From Candidatus Methanosuratincola verstraetei (GTDB lineage Archaea; Thermoproteota; Methanomethylicia; Methanomethylicales; Methanomethylicaceae), in assembly GCA_049570475.1 (NCBI GenBank), contig CP186953.1:1248001-1312000 (forward strand): a stretch of 64,000 nucleotides of DNA, in the 5' to 3' direction. A program made the position numbers and the translations under genes. How positions within the stretch are numbered: position 1 is the first letter of the stretch; each line of letters opens with the position of its first letter. Under the pieces are notes generated by a model. It searched no databases. It was given only the letters and a program-made list of their open reading frames with translations, and was not told where the DNA came from. Shown piece after piece: positions 1 through 9,136 of this stretch.

Positions 1-232
1 TGAAGACCCTGGCCCCTGTCAGCGAGGCCCCGACGCAGGCGCTTATCGCAGAGTGCTCAGACTCGACATTCATATAGCTCGCGTCGAGCTCACCATTTGC
101 AACAAACTCTGAGAGCTTCTCCACGATCGTCGTCTGCGGCGTGATTGGATACGCAGCGATCATATCTACATCTGCCATCTTGACCGCGTATGCCACGGCG
201 TAATTGCCGCTGATCCCAACCCTTCTGCCCAT
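1..232 (-). CDS. porA: pyruvate/2-oxoacid:ferredoxin oxidoreductase alpha subunit (5' part; runs off window start)
   Basis: Manual translation from ATG at 232: [38 protein letters not shown]...ESEHSA; YPITP motif; start overlaps porD stop. Confidence 0.9.
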   Translation of the reverse strand, partial: MGRRVGISGNYAVAYAVKMADVDMIAAYPITPQTTIVEKLSEFVANGELDASYMNVESEHSAISACVGASLTGARVF

Positions 233-528
233 CAGTGCCCCTCCTTCACCATTGTAATCGCCTTGGGTGCGCATCCCTTGGCGCAGATCCCGCAGCCCTT
301 GCAGTATGAAAGGTTTACCCGGTAGTTCCCAGCATCGTCAATCTCTATTGCAGAATCAGGGCAGTAGAGGAAGCACATCCCGCACTTTGTACACTTATTC
401 TGGTCTATTACGGGGCTGGAAGTCCTCCATGCCGTCACATCGAAGTTGACCGAGCTCCCGGGCTCCGTTATCGTGCCCCCCTCAGGGATTTCCCTCCATC
501 CTTTTAGTGTGGTCTTTACGCACTTCAT
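232..528 (-). CDS. porD: pyruvate/2-oxoacid:ferredoxin oxidoreductase delta subunit (2x[4Fe-4S])
   Basis: [19 protein letters not shown] and [11 protein letters not shown] motifs; between gamma and alpha genes. Confidence 0.92.
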   Translation of the reverse strand: MKCVKTTLKGWREIPEGGTITEPGSSVNFDVTAWRTSSPVIDQNKCTKCGMCFLYCPDSAIEIDDAGNYRVNLSYCKGCGICAKGCAPKAITMVKEGH

Positions 529-1088
529 CTCTTGCCACCTGCCTCAAAGAGTATTGTCCCTTCGAATGCCCTCCTCACTGCGTTGACATTCTTTTCCGCA
601 TATTGCCTAAACCTCTGCTTCATTACCTCCTCGAGGGTTTCCAGCCTCACTACCCCTGTTGCCCTGACCAGCGCCCCAAGGATCGCCGTGTTGGTTATGG
701 GCGAACCAAGCTCCCTGAGGGCGATCTCGGTCGCATTGACCACGGCAATTTTCCCCGCGTTGCCGAAGGTCTGAACGTACTCTTCCGAACTACGGTCGGT
801 GTTGAGCACAACCGTGCCCCCCTCCTTCAGCCCATCCCCTACACCCTCCATTGTGCAGAGGTTCTTGTCGAGCACGACTATTATGTCTGGCTCATATATC
901 TGGCACCTGGTCAGGATCTCCTTGTCGCTTATCCTTGTGAACGCTTGCACTGGCGCCCCCCTCCTCTCCGGGCCGAATGCCGCGAACGCCTGTGCGTATT
1001 TGCCTTCGTTTATAACGCTCGTCGCAAGGATCTCCGCGGCCGTAACCGCTCCCTGGCCGCCCCTGCCGTGCCACCTGATCTCGAGCAT
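525..1088 (-). CDS. porG: pyruvate/2-oxoacid:ferredoxin oxidoreductase gamma subunit
   Basis: EIRWHGRGGQGAVTA, FGPERRGAPV motifs. Confidence 0.93.
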   Translation of the reverse strand: MLEIRWHGRGGQGAVTAAEILATSVINEGKYAQAFAAFGPERRGAPVQAFTRISDKEILTRCQIYEPDIIVVLDKNLCTMEGVGDGLKEGGTVVLNTDRSSEEYVQTFGNAGKIAVVNATEIALRELGSPITNTAILGALVRATGVVRLETLEEVMKQRFRQYAEKNVNAVRRAFEGTILFEAGGKR

Positions 1089-1169
1089 TCTCTTAGCACT
1101 CCTGAATATGGGTAGTCAGTATCCTAGCATTATTTTTAACAGTTACGGTCTTTTGTTTGCCATCTGTAA

Positions 1170-1676
1170 TTGCCTATTGTAGCGAGTTTTGTGAAGGATA
1201 CCCTTAAAATAGGGCAAGATCCGATACCTACGTCGGTGATCATAGTGATTGAGGATCCCTCCTCCAAAACACTCGAGGAGATCAAGGCTTTCCTGGACCA
1301 AGGGAAGCCATTTGAGGTCAGATTTGAAGGCGATGAAGCATGCGTCTCCGAAGCGAAGGGGGTAGTCAAGATCTCACTCTCAAAAGAAGAGACCAAGGGC
1401 ATCAAAGTGAGGAAATCTGCAAGGAAGGTCCCATCTGCGCAGAAAGAGTTTGTGATGAATTCTGCCAGCATCCTGATCCCTAAAAAAGTCCCCTTCAAAG
1501 TGACGTTCGGGCCGAAAGAGACGACCTTCAGGTTCGATCTTGACCACTACATCCACATTTACCCTGACAAATGCGCAGTGGTAGGGTTCAGGGGCCTGGA
1601 CGAACACCCCGTCTCACTCGTAAGAGATCTGCTGTCAGCGTTCCCGAACCTCAAGATATATGCGCCAAAGAGTTGA
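1170..1676 (+). CDS. hypothetical protein (true start probably near 1236-1245)
   Basis: Long ORF filling the gap, protein-like composition, divergent from porG. Confidence 0.65.
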   Translation: MPIVASFVKDTLKIGQDPIPTSVIIVIEDPSSKTLEEIKAFLDQGKPFEVRFEGDEACVSEAKGVVKISLSKEETKGIKVRKSARKVPSAQKEFVMNSASILIPKKVPFKVTFGPKETTFRFDLDHYIHIYPDKCAVVGFRGLDEHPVSLVRDLLSAFPNLKIYAPKS

Positions 1677-1681
1677 TCGCC

Positions 1682-1870
1682 TTGGAGATTAGGAACATCC
1701 TCTATTTGGCTGGACTCATTCTGGTCTTCCTGCCTGCCTTCACCTACACCTACACTTCTAGATCTGGCATTGATGGACCGACCCTCCTGCCACAGATCCT
1801 AAGCGTGGCTGTCTTCTGCATTGGGCTTGCCTTGATCCTGTTCGCAGGAAGGGGCAAGCCCAAAGAATAG
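1682..1870 (+). CDS. small membrane protein (2 TM helices)
   Basis: Two hydrophobic segments in ORF 1571..1870; TTG at 1682 just after the upstream stop. Confidence 0.6.
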   Translation: MEIRNILYLAGLILVFLPAFTYTYTSRSGIDGPTLLPQILSVAVFCIGLALILFAGRGKPKE

Positions 1871-1883
1871 ATCCCTTAATCCA

Positions 1884-2396
1884 TCATGGCTGCGCGCTTC
1901 TGTACTTCTTCACAAGTTCGTGGTATGCCCCGGCGGTTTCCCTGATCCTTTCCTTGTCCCTTTCCTCTATGCTCCTGACATTCTTAGCGGGTAGCCCCAT
2001 CATCACGCTGCCAGAGGGGACGGTCTTGCCCTCAGGTATTAGCGCGCCGGCCCCTATCACGCAGTCATCGCCTATCTCGGCGCCGGTCAATATGATCGCC
2101 CCCATGCCCACGAGCGTGTTGTTGCCTATCCTGCAGCCATGGATGATGCAGCCGTGCCCAACCACCGTCCCCTTGCCCACATTTGTCGGGTAACCCTTGT
2201 CGGTGTGGAGGATTGCACCGTCCTGTATGCTAGCGCCGCTCTTGATTATTATGCGCTCGATGTCCCCGCGCAGGACTGCGCATGGCCATACGTTCGCACC
2301 CTCTTCGATTATCACGTCTCCGATAACCACTGCATCTTCATGGACGAATGCCTTCGGATCGATTTGCGGTCTAATTCCCTGAAGCTCTCTTATCAT
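1884..2396 (-). CDS. gamma-carbonic anhydrase family / hexapeptide-repeat protein
   Basis: LRGD, IQDGAILH, VGHGCIIHGC motifs with three Zn-ligand His; left-handed beta-helix repeats. Confidence 0.88.
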   Translation of the reverse strand: MIRELQGIRPQIDPKAFVHEDAVVIGDVIIEEGANVWPCAVLRGDIERIIIKSGASIQDGAILHTDKGYPTNVGKGTVVGHGCIIHGCRIGNNTLVGMGAIILTGAEIGDDCVIGAGALIPEGKTVPSGSVMMGLPAKNVRSIEERDKERIRETAGAYHELVKKYRSAQP

Positions 2397-2402
2397 TCCT
2401 AC

Positions 2403-2915
2403 CTACTCCATAGTCACTGTAAGGTCGGTGTCTATTAAGTACTTGAACTGGAAGGTGTTTGTCCAGTCCAGGTTCCTGAGCGATCCTTGGAAGCAGACTG
2501 CAATCGTATCCTTGCTGCCTGGCAGGCGGTCGATCGCCTCCTTCAGGGCCTTGGGCGGAACCCCGTACTTAGGGATCGCAAGCCCGCCAAGCAATGTTAC
2601 TATTCGGTAAGCGGTTCCTGCCTTCAATCCGCCGAGCTGGTAGCCGTAACCCTCGTTTTTTACAAGCTCCCTCGTCTTGCCCGATTCCAATGAAGGCATG
2701 AAGAACGGCTTCAGAGGCAAATCCCTTATGCCATAGCACAGAAACTCTGCAAAGGGCAGACATGTGAAGGGTGACCCAACAAACAGTATGTCCCCATCCC
2801 CCCCAATGCTTTCGACTGCGGTGCGGAAGCACTTGCTTAATCCCGACAATCCTTTGACCTCAACCTTGCTCTTCAAAAACAACACCCCAATCTCCTTGAG
2901 AATAATACGCCTCAC
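2403..2915 (-). CDS. DUF2124 family protein (methanogen-associated)
   Basis: GSPFTCLPFAE..Y.IR, LLGGLAIP, AVCFQ motifs resemble DUF2124. Confidence 0.7.
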   Translation of the reverse strand: MRRIILKEIGVLFLKSKVEVKGLSGLSKCFRTAVESIGGDGDILFVGSPFTCLPFAEFLCYGIRDLPLKPFFMPSLESGKTRELVKNEGYGYQLGGLKAGTAYRIVTLLGGLAIPKYGVPPKALKEAIDRLPGSKDTIAVCFQGSLRNLDWTNTFQFKYLIDTDLTVTME

Positions 2916-3073
2916 GCTCTATTAAAATTGAGCAGACGACTAGATGCGATCAAAAACGGGCATTGCTGCGCGTGCAGAGCAAGCGCTCTTGTCCCTCGGC
3001 TAATCGAATCTTGGCTGACCGGGCATAATTCAAACCGAAACGATATTATTGCATCATACCAATATTATTCATC

Positions 3074-3709
3074 ATGTCTAACCCTTACGCCTCGTTCGTC
3101 CAGTCATTATCCAAGGCAGTTCAGCCGAAGGGGCCAGCCGCCGCATACACGCCCGTCCATGTCATAAAAGCGTTGTTCGTCATTGAATCCTCGAAATCGG
3201 TCGGCAGAGTTATGCTTGCTAGGATCCTCGGGATAGGGGAAGGTTCGGTCAGGACAATTATAAAGCGCCTGCAGCATCAATCTCTCATAAGCATCGACAG
3301 CATCGGGGGGTGCTCCCTCACCCCCACAGGCCGAGAAGTGCTAAGCCAGATCAAGAAAGGCATGGTTTCCTCCGGTCCAATCGACCTCAGCGGGATGGGT
3401 GTCACATACCCCTCGTTCGCTATACACGTGAGCCTCGACGTCTCGGCCCACTCGGTGCTCAAGCTTAGGGACATCGCGATCAGGTGGGGCGCAGAGGGGG
3501 CGATGTTCTTCCACTTCTCCGGAGGCAGGATAGTTGTGCCTTCCATCACAGACGATCTCTCGCAGACAAGCCCTTCCACGCATTATGAGCTGATGAACAG
3601 GTTCAGGCTCCAGGACGGCGACTATGTCATCGCTGCATTCGCCCATGATGCTGCCACAGCCGAAATGAGCGCGCTCGCGGTTTTCCTCTTCCTTAAGGGC
3701 ATACAATGA
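3074..3709 (+). CDS. winged-HTH protein with DUF4443-like C-terminal domain (putative regulator)
   Basis: VGRVMLARILGIGEGSVRTIIKRL HTH; LRDIAIRWGAEGA motif. Confidence 0.7.
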   Translation: MSNPYASFVQSLSKAVQPKGPAAAYTPVHVIKALFVIESSKSVGRVMLARILGIGEGSVRTIIKRLQHQSLISIDSIGGCSLTPTGREVLSQIKKGMVSSGPIDLSGMGVTYPSFAIHVSLDVSAHSVLKLRDIAIRWGAEGAMFFHFSGGRIVVPSITDDLSQTSPSTHYELMNRFRLQDGDYVIAAFAHDAATAEMSALAVFLFLKGIQ

Positions 3710-3778
3710 ATTTTTATTACCCAATTGTACACAAAAGGCATATATAAGACCAAAAATAGGTTTTTTTGGGAGCAGAAT

Positions 3779-4747
3779 ATGGTGAATAAAATCCTTATTG
3801 TATCTGCAGTTGCCCTAATTGTAATCATTGGCGCCCTCTACGCTTCGGGTATGATTTTCCCGCGCGAGATCGAAACCATAAGGGTCGGACACCTCACCGG
3901 GGACCTCCATCACCTCGCGCTCTTCGTGGCAATCAAACAAGGCTACTTCGAGCAGTACGGATTAAAGATTCAGTTGAAGGAGTACGTGAACGGCCCTTCC
4001 CTGATGCAGGACTTCCTTGCAGGTGAGCTGGACTTTGCCTACGTCGGCGCGCCCCCAGCAATGTCTGCCAGGGCTAGAGCCCTCTCCGACCCCAAATCGA
4101 ACCTGCCTGTAGTCATCGCTTCAGTAAACCTCGAGGGCTCTGCCATAGTCACAGAAGCCGGCATAGATGCACCTGAGGATCTAAACGGCAAAAAAATCGG
4201 GACCCCTGGCACCGGCACGATACAGGACATAATGCTCAGCATGTTCCTCAGGGAGAGGAACATCACCCTCACGAAGAGCCCGATGTCGATCTCCACCCTC
4301 CCGCTCGAATTCAGCAAGGGGACGATTGACGGCTTCATCGGCTGGGAGCCTGCCCCCTCAATCGCGGTTGTGCAGTCCGGCGCTCATGTGCTCCTTACTT
4401 CCCACGATATGATGCCTAACCACCAGTGCTGCGTGCTGGTCGTCTCCAACAAGTACCTCGAAGCGCACGCGGACATAGTCCAGAAGTTCGCCCAAGTGCA
4501 CAAGATGGCAAACCAGTATATCCTCAACAACCCTGAATCAGCCAAGCAGATCGCGATGAATGTCACTGGCTATTCCTCAGATATAATCGGGCTAGCGCTT
4601 TCACACATAGTCTACACTTCGACCCCTGACCCTGAGAGCATGAAGACATTCCTGCACTCAATGATCGACCTGGGCGTCGTGACGACCGTCTCCCATGATC
4701 AGGTCGATGCGTTCATAAACGCATTTATAGATACGCGCTTCATCTAA
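3779..4747 (+). CDS. ABC transporter substrate-binding protein, SsuA/TauA/NMT1 family
   Basis: N-terminal TM anchor; LDFAYVGAPPA, GKKIGTPGTGTIQD, DGFIGWEP, HQCCVLVV; ATG at 3779. Confidence 0.88.
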   Translation: MVNKILIVSAVALIVIIGALYASGMIFPREIETIRVGHLTGDLHHLALFVAIKQGYFEQYGLKIQLKEYVNGPSLMQDFLAGELDFAYVGAPPAMSARARALSDPKSNLPVVIASVNLEGSAIVTEAGIDAPEDLNGKKIGTPGTGTIQDIMLSMFLRERNITLTKSPMSISTLPLEFSKGTIDGFIGWEPAPSIAVVQSGAHVLLTSHDMMPNHQCCVLVVSNKYLEAHADIVQKFAQVHKMANQYILNNPESAKQIAMNVTGYSSDIIGLALSHIVYTSTPDPESMKTFLHSMIDLGVVTTVSHDQVDAFINAFIDTRFI

Positions 4748-4753
4748 TCAGTT

Positions 4754-5545
4754 GTGATTCGGATGGAGCGCCTCGATCGGGTAAAGGGCATTCTGCTAGG
4801 GTCTCTCTCCCTAGCAGCATTCTTTTTCATCTGGCAGCTGGTCGCCTGGTCCATGAATTCGCCATTCCTTCCAGGGCCCTATGAGGTGCTCCAGGCATTC
4901 CTAAGGATCTCAACGACGGGGGACATCGACGGGTACACCCTGTACTTGCACTCGATCATGAGCATCTACAGGGTGCTGCTTGGCTTTGGCTTCGCGGGGA
5001 TAACGGCAATCCCGCTGGGGGTGTTCATGGGGCTGAAGCCCAATGTGAACAGCATTTCCACGCCGATAATTGAGCCCATAAGGTTCATTCCCCCGATCGC
5101 CTGGATCCCGCTCTCCATAATACTCCTCAGCGGCCTGGGGCGGTACGTCTTCCTGATCTGGATAGGCGCCTTCTTCCCAATACTCCTCAACACAATCGCG
5201 GGCGTTAAGCGCACATCCCCTGTCCTCGTGGACATGGCAAAGACATTCGGGGCTGACAGCAGCACTATCACATCTAGGATAGTCTTCCCCAGCGCCCTGC
5301 CTGAGATTATGAGCGGTCTGAGGGTGGGTCTGGGGGTAGGATGGATGTGCATTGTGGCCGCTGAAATGATCGGCGGGGAGCCAGTGGGGCTGGGGCGGCT
5401 GATAATAAAGTACGCGAACCTGCTTCAGATCGATGTCGTTATAGTCGGTATGATAACCATCGGGATAATCGGCCTGGTGCTTAACTATCTCATACTCACT
5501 GCGGAGAAGCGGCTCTTCAAGTGGAGGGTCGAGGTCAAGGCATAG
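4754..5545 (+). CDS. ABC transporter permease, SsuC/TauC family
   Basis: RFIPPIAWIP, EAA-like loop (AKTFGA), VAAEMIG. Confidence 0.9.
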   Translation: MIRMERLDRVKGILLGSLSLAAFFFIWQLVAWSMNSPFLPGPYEVLQAFLRISTTGDIDGYTLYLHSIMSIYRVLLGFGFAGITAIPLGVFMGLKPNVNSISTPIIEPIRFIPPIAWIPLSIILLSGLGRYVFLIWIGAFFPILLNTIAGVKRTSPVLVDMAKTFGADSSTITSRIVFPSALPEIMSGLRVGLGVGWMCIVAAEMIGGEPVGLGRLIIKYANLLQIDVVIVGMITIGIIGLVLNYLILTAEKRLFKWRVEVKA

Positions 5546-6313
5546 GTGATTAATTTGGCAGCCACTATTGAACTCAACGCGGTCGGGAAATTCTTCGAGT
5601 CGGGTAAAGAGCGGATTGAGGTGATAAGGAACATCACCCTCAGCGTTGACGAAGGAAGGTTCGTCTGTATCGTTGGCCCCTCTGGATGCGGCAAGACCAC
5701 CCTTCTGAGGTTGATGTGCGGGCTTCTGCAGCCGTCAAGCGGGAAGGTGCTTGTAAATGGCAATCCCCCGGACCCGAAGAAGAATCGATTCGGCGTCATA
5801 TTCCAAGAGGACTCATTGCTGCCTTGGAAAACCGTTCTCGACAATGTGAAATTCGGCTTGGAAGTGACTAGGAAGAAGGGCAATATCGAGTCCACTGCAA
5901 GGGAGTTCATAGCCATGGTCGGGCTGAAGGGGTTTGAAAGCTACTACCCCCACCAGATCTCGGGCGGAATGAAGAAGCGCGTCGCGATCGCCAGGGCAAT
6001 GGCTGTGGATCCTGAAATAATACTCATGGACGAGCCGTTTGCGGATCTCGATGCCCAGACCCGGCAGATACTCCAGAAGGAGCTTCTGAGCGTCTGGTCG
6101 AAGCTGAACAAGACAGTGATATTCATAACCCACAACGTCGACGAGGCAGTCTTCCTCGGGCAGGACATCGTCGTCCTGACCAAGCGCCCGGCAAGCGTGA
6201 AAGCCCTGGTCAACGTGGGTTTGGAATACCCGAGGGCAAGGCTGAGCCCCCCCTTCATATCTTACAGGGAGAAGATCCTGAAGTACCTCCAGGAGGAGAT
6301 CACCGAGCTCTAA
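5546..6313 (+). CDS. ABC transporter ATP-binding protein, SsuB/TauB family
   Basis: GPSGCGKTT, ISGGMKKR, MDEPF, THNVDEA. Confidence 0.92.
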   Translation: MINLAATIELNAVGKFFESGKERIEVIRNITLSVDEGRFVCIVGPSGCGKTTLLRLMCGLLQPSSGKVLVNGNPPDPKKNRFGVIFQEDSLLPWKTVLDNVKFGLEVTRKKGNIESTAREFIAMVGLKGFESYYPHQISGGMKKRVAIARAMAVDPEIILMDEPFADLDAQTRQILQKELLSVWSKLNKTVIFITHNVDEAVFLGQDIVVLTKRPASVKALVNVGLEYPRARLSPPFISYREKILKYLQEEITEL

Positions 6314-6314
6314 G

Positions 6315-6878
6315 GTGTCCTGCATGGAAATAGACGGTTACGATCTCTATGAGGAACTGATCTCCGCAGCGATGGAGTCGAACGAGAAGTTTGCAGAGAT
6401 GCTGAAGTCAATCATGAAGCGGAAGGGCATCACCGTCAGGGATCTGAGTGCAGGATCGGGCGTCCCTGTAAGCACAATAAACAAGATGCTCTCTGAAGAG
6501 AGGGATGTCCGGCTGTCGACCTTCAGGGAAGTGATTAGGTACCTGACGTCGCAGAGCATGGAGCCCGAGGGAGGCATCACTGTTGGGATAATAGCCGCCC
6601 GGCCCGCCCTCAACGCTCTGTCTAAGCACCAGATCCCAGTGAAGGGTAAAAAGGTAATCATTAAGGAATACCCTGCGAACAATCTCGAGGAGGCAATAAT
6701 CTGCGCCATAAGGGCTGAGCGCGACAGGGTGCAGGGGCTGGTCTGCGCCTCTATCGTTGCAACCACTGTGGAGAAGTTCGTGAGGATCCCGATCGTCACA
6801 ATCAAGGTCGAGGAATCGAACATAATCGAATCGCTCAACATTCTCGTCGACAAGATCCTTTCAACCAAAGCTTTGTGA
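6315..6878 (+). CDS. XRE-type HTH transcriptional regulator with C-terminal effector domain (COG4800-like)
   Basis: ITVRDLSAGSGVPVSTINKML HTH; GIIAARPAL and GLVCASIVATTVEK in C-terminal domain. Confidence 0.75.
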   Translation: MSCMEIDGYDLYEELISAAMESNEKFAEMLKSIMKRKGITVRDLSAGSGVPVSTINKMLSEERDVRLSTFREVIRYLTSQSMEPEGGITVGIIAARPALNALSKHQIPVKGKKVIIKEYPANNLEEAIICAIRAERDRVQGLVCASIVATTVEKFVRIPIVTIKVEESNIIESLNILVDKILSTKAL

Positions 6879-6920
6879 TACAAGTGATGCGAATATAACC
6901 TGTTGTTATTGCAGGGTTCT

Positions 6921-6980
6921 TAAACGCAGATTATTACTGTGTTTAGGCAATGCTTTAATATTCCATACATCTTTAAAATA
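6921..6980 (+). promoter_or_regulatory. mcr operon promoter region with inverted repeat and TATA-like boxes
   Basis: TAAACGCAG-N7-CTGTGTTTA (6921-6945); TTTAATA (~6954) and TTTAAAATA (~6972); GAGGAG RBS follows at 7001-7006. Confidence 0.5.
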
Positions 6981-7010
6981 CACGCAACAAAACTGAAAGA
7001 GAGGAGTTCT

Positions 7011-8345
7011 ATGGCGAAATATCCGGATAAAGTAGATCTATACGACGATCGTGGCCGCGTTTTCGCCTCCAAGGTTCCCGTCGAAGCTCTGAGCCCGCTG
7101 CGCAACCCAGCAATGCAGAAGATCATATCCTACGTTAAGCAGTGCGTTTCCGTGAACCTTGAAGGAATCGAGAAGGCCCTGGCGACCGGAGAAGTTGGTG
7201 GCAAATGGTGCATAATCAGAGGCAGGTCCTTGAAGCTGGACCTGGTAAAGAATGCCGAGAGCATCGCCGACAGCCTCAAGAGTTGCCTACAGGTGACTAA
7301 GGACGACGATACCGAGGTCAAGGTCCTCAAGGGTGGGAAGCACCTCCTTGTAAAGGTCCCAGCAAAGAGGCTGGATGCAGGCGTCGAATACACAACAGGA
7401 TTCACAGCGACTGCAGCTGCGCTCTGCTGCACAATTGTCGAGAACTTCAAGGTCAACCTATGGGACGCTGACTTGGTCCATGCGGCTGTCTGGGGCAGGT
7501 ACCCGCAGACGATGGAACCGCTCGGCGGAAACGTGTCGTCACTATTGTCGGTTCCGCAACAGAATGAAGGTATGGGATATGCACTAAGGAACGTTCCGTG
7601 CGCGCACATTGCCCTTATCACCAAGAAGAATGCAATGAACGCAGCAGCCCTCTCCGCGATACTGGAGCAGGCAGCCATGTTCGAGATGGGCGACGCGATC
7701 GGCAACTTCGAGAGGCTGCATCTGCTAGGGCTAGCCTACCAAGGTCTGAATGCCAACAACCTGGTCTATGACATAGTGAAGGAGAACTCCAAGACCGGCA
7801 CCCTCGGCGATGTGGTCGTATCCACAGTCAAGAGGGCGATCGCAGACGGCGTCATCAAGCCACTCGAGAAGAAGCCTTCTGGATACACGGCGTACACGAC
7901 TGATGATCTCAACAAGTGGAATGCATACGCTGCAGCGGGCCTGCTAGCAGGCACGATGATCACCTGCGGCTCGGCTAGGTCGATGCAGCACTGCCCGTCC
8001 GTCTTCATATACTTCAACGACCTCATCGAGAGGGAGACCGGCCTGCCGGGAGTCGACTTCGGTAGGGTAGCAGGCACCGGAGTTGAGATGGCATTCTTCA
8101 GCCACTCGATCTACGGCGGAGGCAACCCCGCAGTCTTCCACGGAAACCACATCGTGACAAGGCACAGCAAGGGCTTCACAATACCTTGCGTGGCTGCAGC
8201 AGTCGCACTAGATGCGGGCACAGTCATCTACACGCCCGAGAAGATCAGCGGCGTGGTGGGCGAGACTCTGAGCGAGGTGCCCGAGCTGAGGGAGCCGCTG
8301 AGGTACGTGAATGAGGCAGCAGTTTCAATCCATGGAGGTATCTAA
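7011..8345 (+). CDS. mcrB: methyl-coenzyme M reductase beta subunit
   Basis: [15 protein letters not shown] start after GAGGAG RBS; [36 protein letters not shown]. Confidence 0.98.
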   Translation: MAKYPDKVDLYDDRGRVFASKVPVEALSPLRNPAMQKIISYVKQCVSVNLEGIEKALATGEVGGKWCIIRGRSLKLDLVKNAESIADSLKSCLQVTKDDDTEVKVLKGGKHLLVKVPAKRLDAGVEYTTGFTATAAALCCTIVENFKVNLWDADLVHAAVWGRYPQTMEPLGGNVSSLLSVPQQNEGMGYALRNVPCAHIALITKKNAMNAAALSAILEQAAMFEMGDAIGNFERLHLLGLAYQGLNANNLVYDIVKENSKTGTLGDVVVSTVKRAIADGVIKPLEKKPSGYTAYTTDDLNKWNAYAAAGLLAGTMITCGSARSMQHCPSVFIYFNDLIERETGLPGVDFGRVAGTGVEMAFFSHSIYGGGNPAVFHGNHIVTRHSKGFTIPCVAAAVALDAGTVIYTPEKISGVVGETLSEVPELREPLRYVNEAAVSIHGGI

Positions 8346-8346
8346 A

Positions 8347-9123
8347 ATGGTAGTGTACAAGCCACAGTATTACCCAGGAAGCTCCAAGGTCTCTAAGAAC
8401 AGGAAGAAGTACATGGATCCGTCCTACAAGCTGAAGAAGCTGAGGACGATCAGCGACGACGACTTGGTGAAGCTGATGGGCCACAGGGTCCCAGGAGAGG
8501 CTTACAAGTCGGTCCACCCGCCGCTTGAGGAGATGGGTGAGCCGGCATGCCCGATCAGGGAACTCGTTGAGCCGACGCCAGGCGCGAAGGCAGGCGACAG
8601 GATCAGGTACATCCAGTTCACAGACTCCGTGTACTTCACACCGCTGACCCCATACATGAGGGCATGGATGGGACACACAAGGTACAGAGGGGTCGACATC
8701 GGCGTCCTCTCGGGGAGGGTCCCTCTCGAGATGAGGGAGCGTGACTTGGAGAAAATCGCAAAGGACCTCGTGGAGACCGAGATATTCGATCCTGCAAGGT
8801 GCGGGATCAGGGGGGCAACAGTCCACGGCCACTCTCTGAGGCTGGACGAGAACGGAATGATGTTCGACGCACTCAGGAGATTCGTCTTTGACAAGAAGAC
8901 AGGCGAGGTCGTCTATGTGAAGGACCAGATTGGAGTGCCTCTTGACAAGCCGATCTCAGTCGGCAAGCCGATCAAGGAGGAAGAGCTCAGGGAGATGACA
9001 AGCGAGTACAGGGTCGACGGCGTCCCGTTCAGGGAGGACAAGGAGATGGTCGAGTTCGTACAGCGCCTGCACATGCTCAGGACGGAGGCTGGGTTCGATC
9101 CAAATAAGGTGAAGGGGATCTAA
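8347..9123 (+). CDS. mcrG: methyl-coenzyme M reductase gamma subunit
   Basis: [39 protein letters not shown]; ATG at 8347 after GGAGG. Confidence 0.98.
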   Translation: MVVYKPQYYPGSSKVSKNRKKYMDPSYKLKKLRTISDDDLVKLMGHRVPGEAYKSVHPPLEEMGEPACPIRELVEPTPGAKAGDRIRYIQFTDSVYFTPLTPYMRAWMGHTRYRGVDIGVLSGRVPLEMRERDLEKIAKDLVETEIFDPARCGIRGATVHGHSLRLDENGMMFDALRRFVFDKKTGEVVYVKDQIGVPLDKPISVGKPIKEEELREMTSEYRVDGVPFREDKEMVEFVQRLHMLRTEAGFDPNKVKGI

Positions 9124-9136
9124 GGAGGAGATATGA

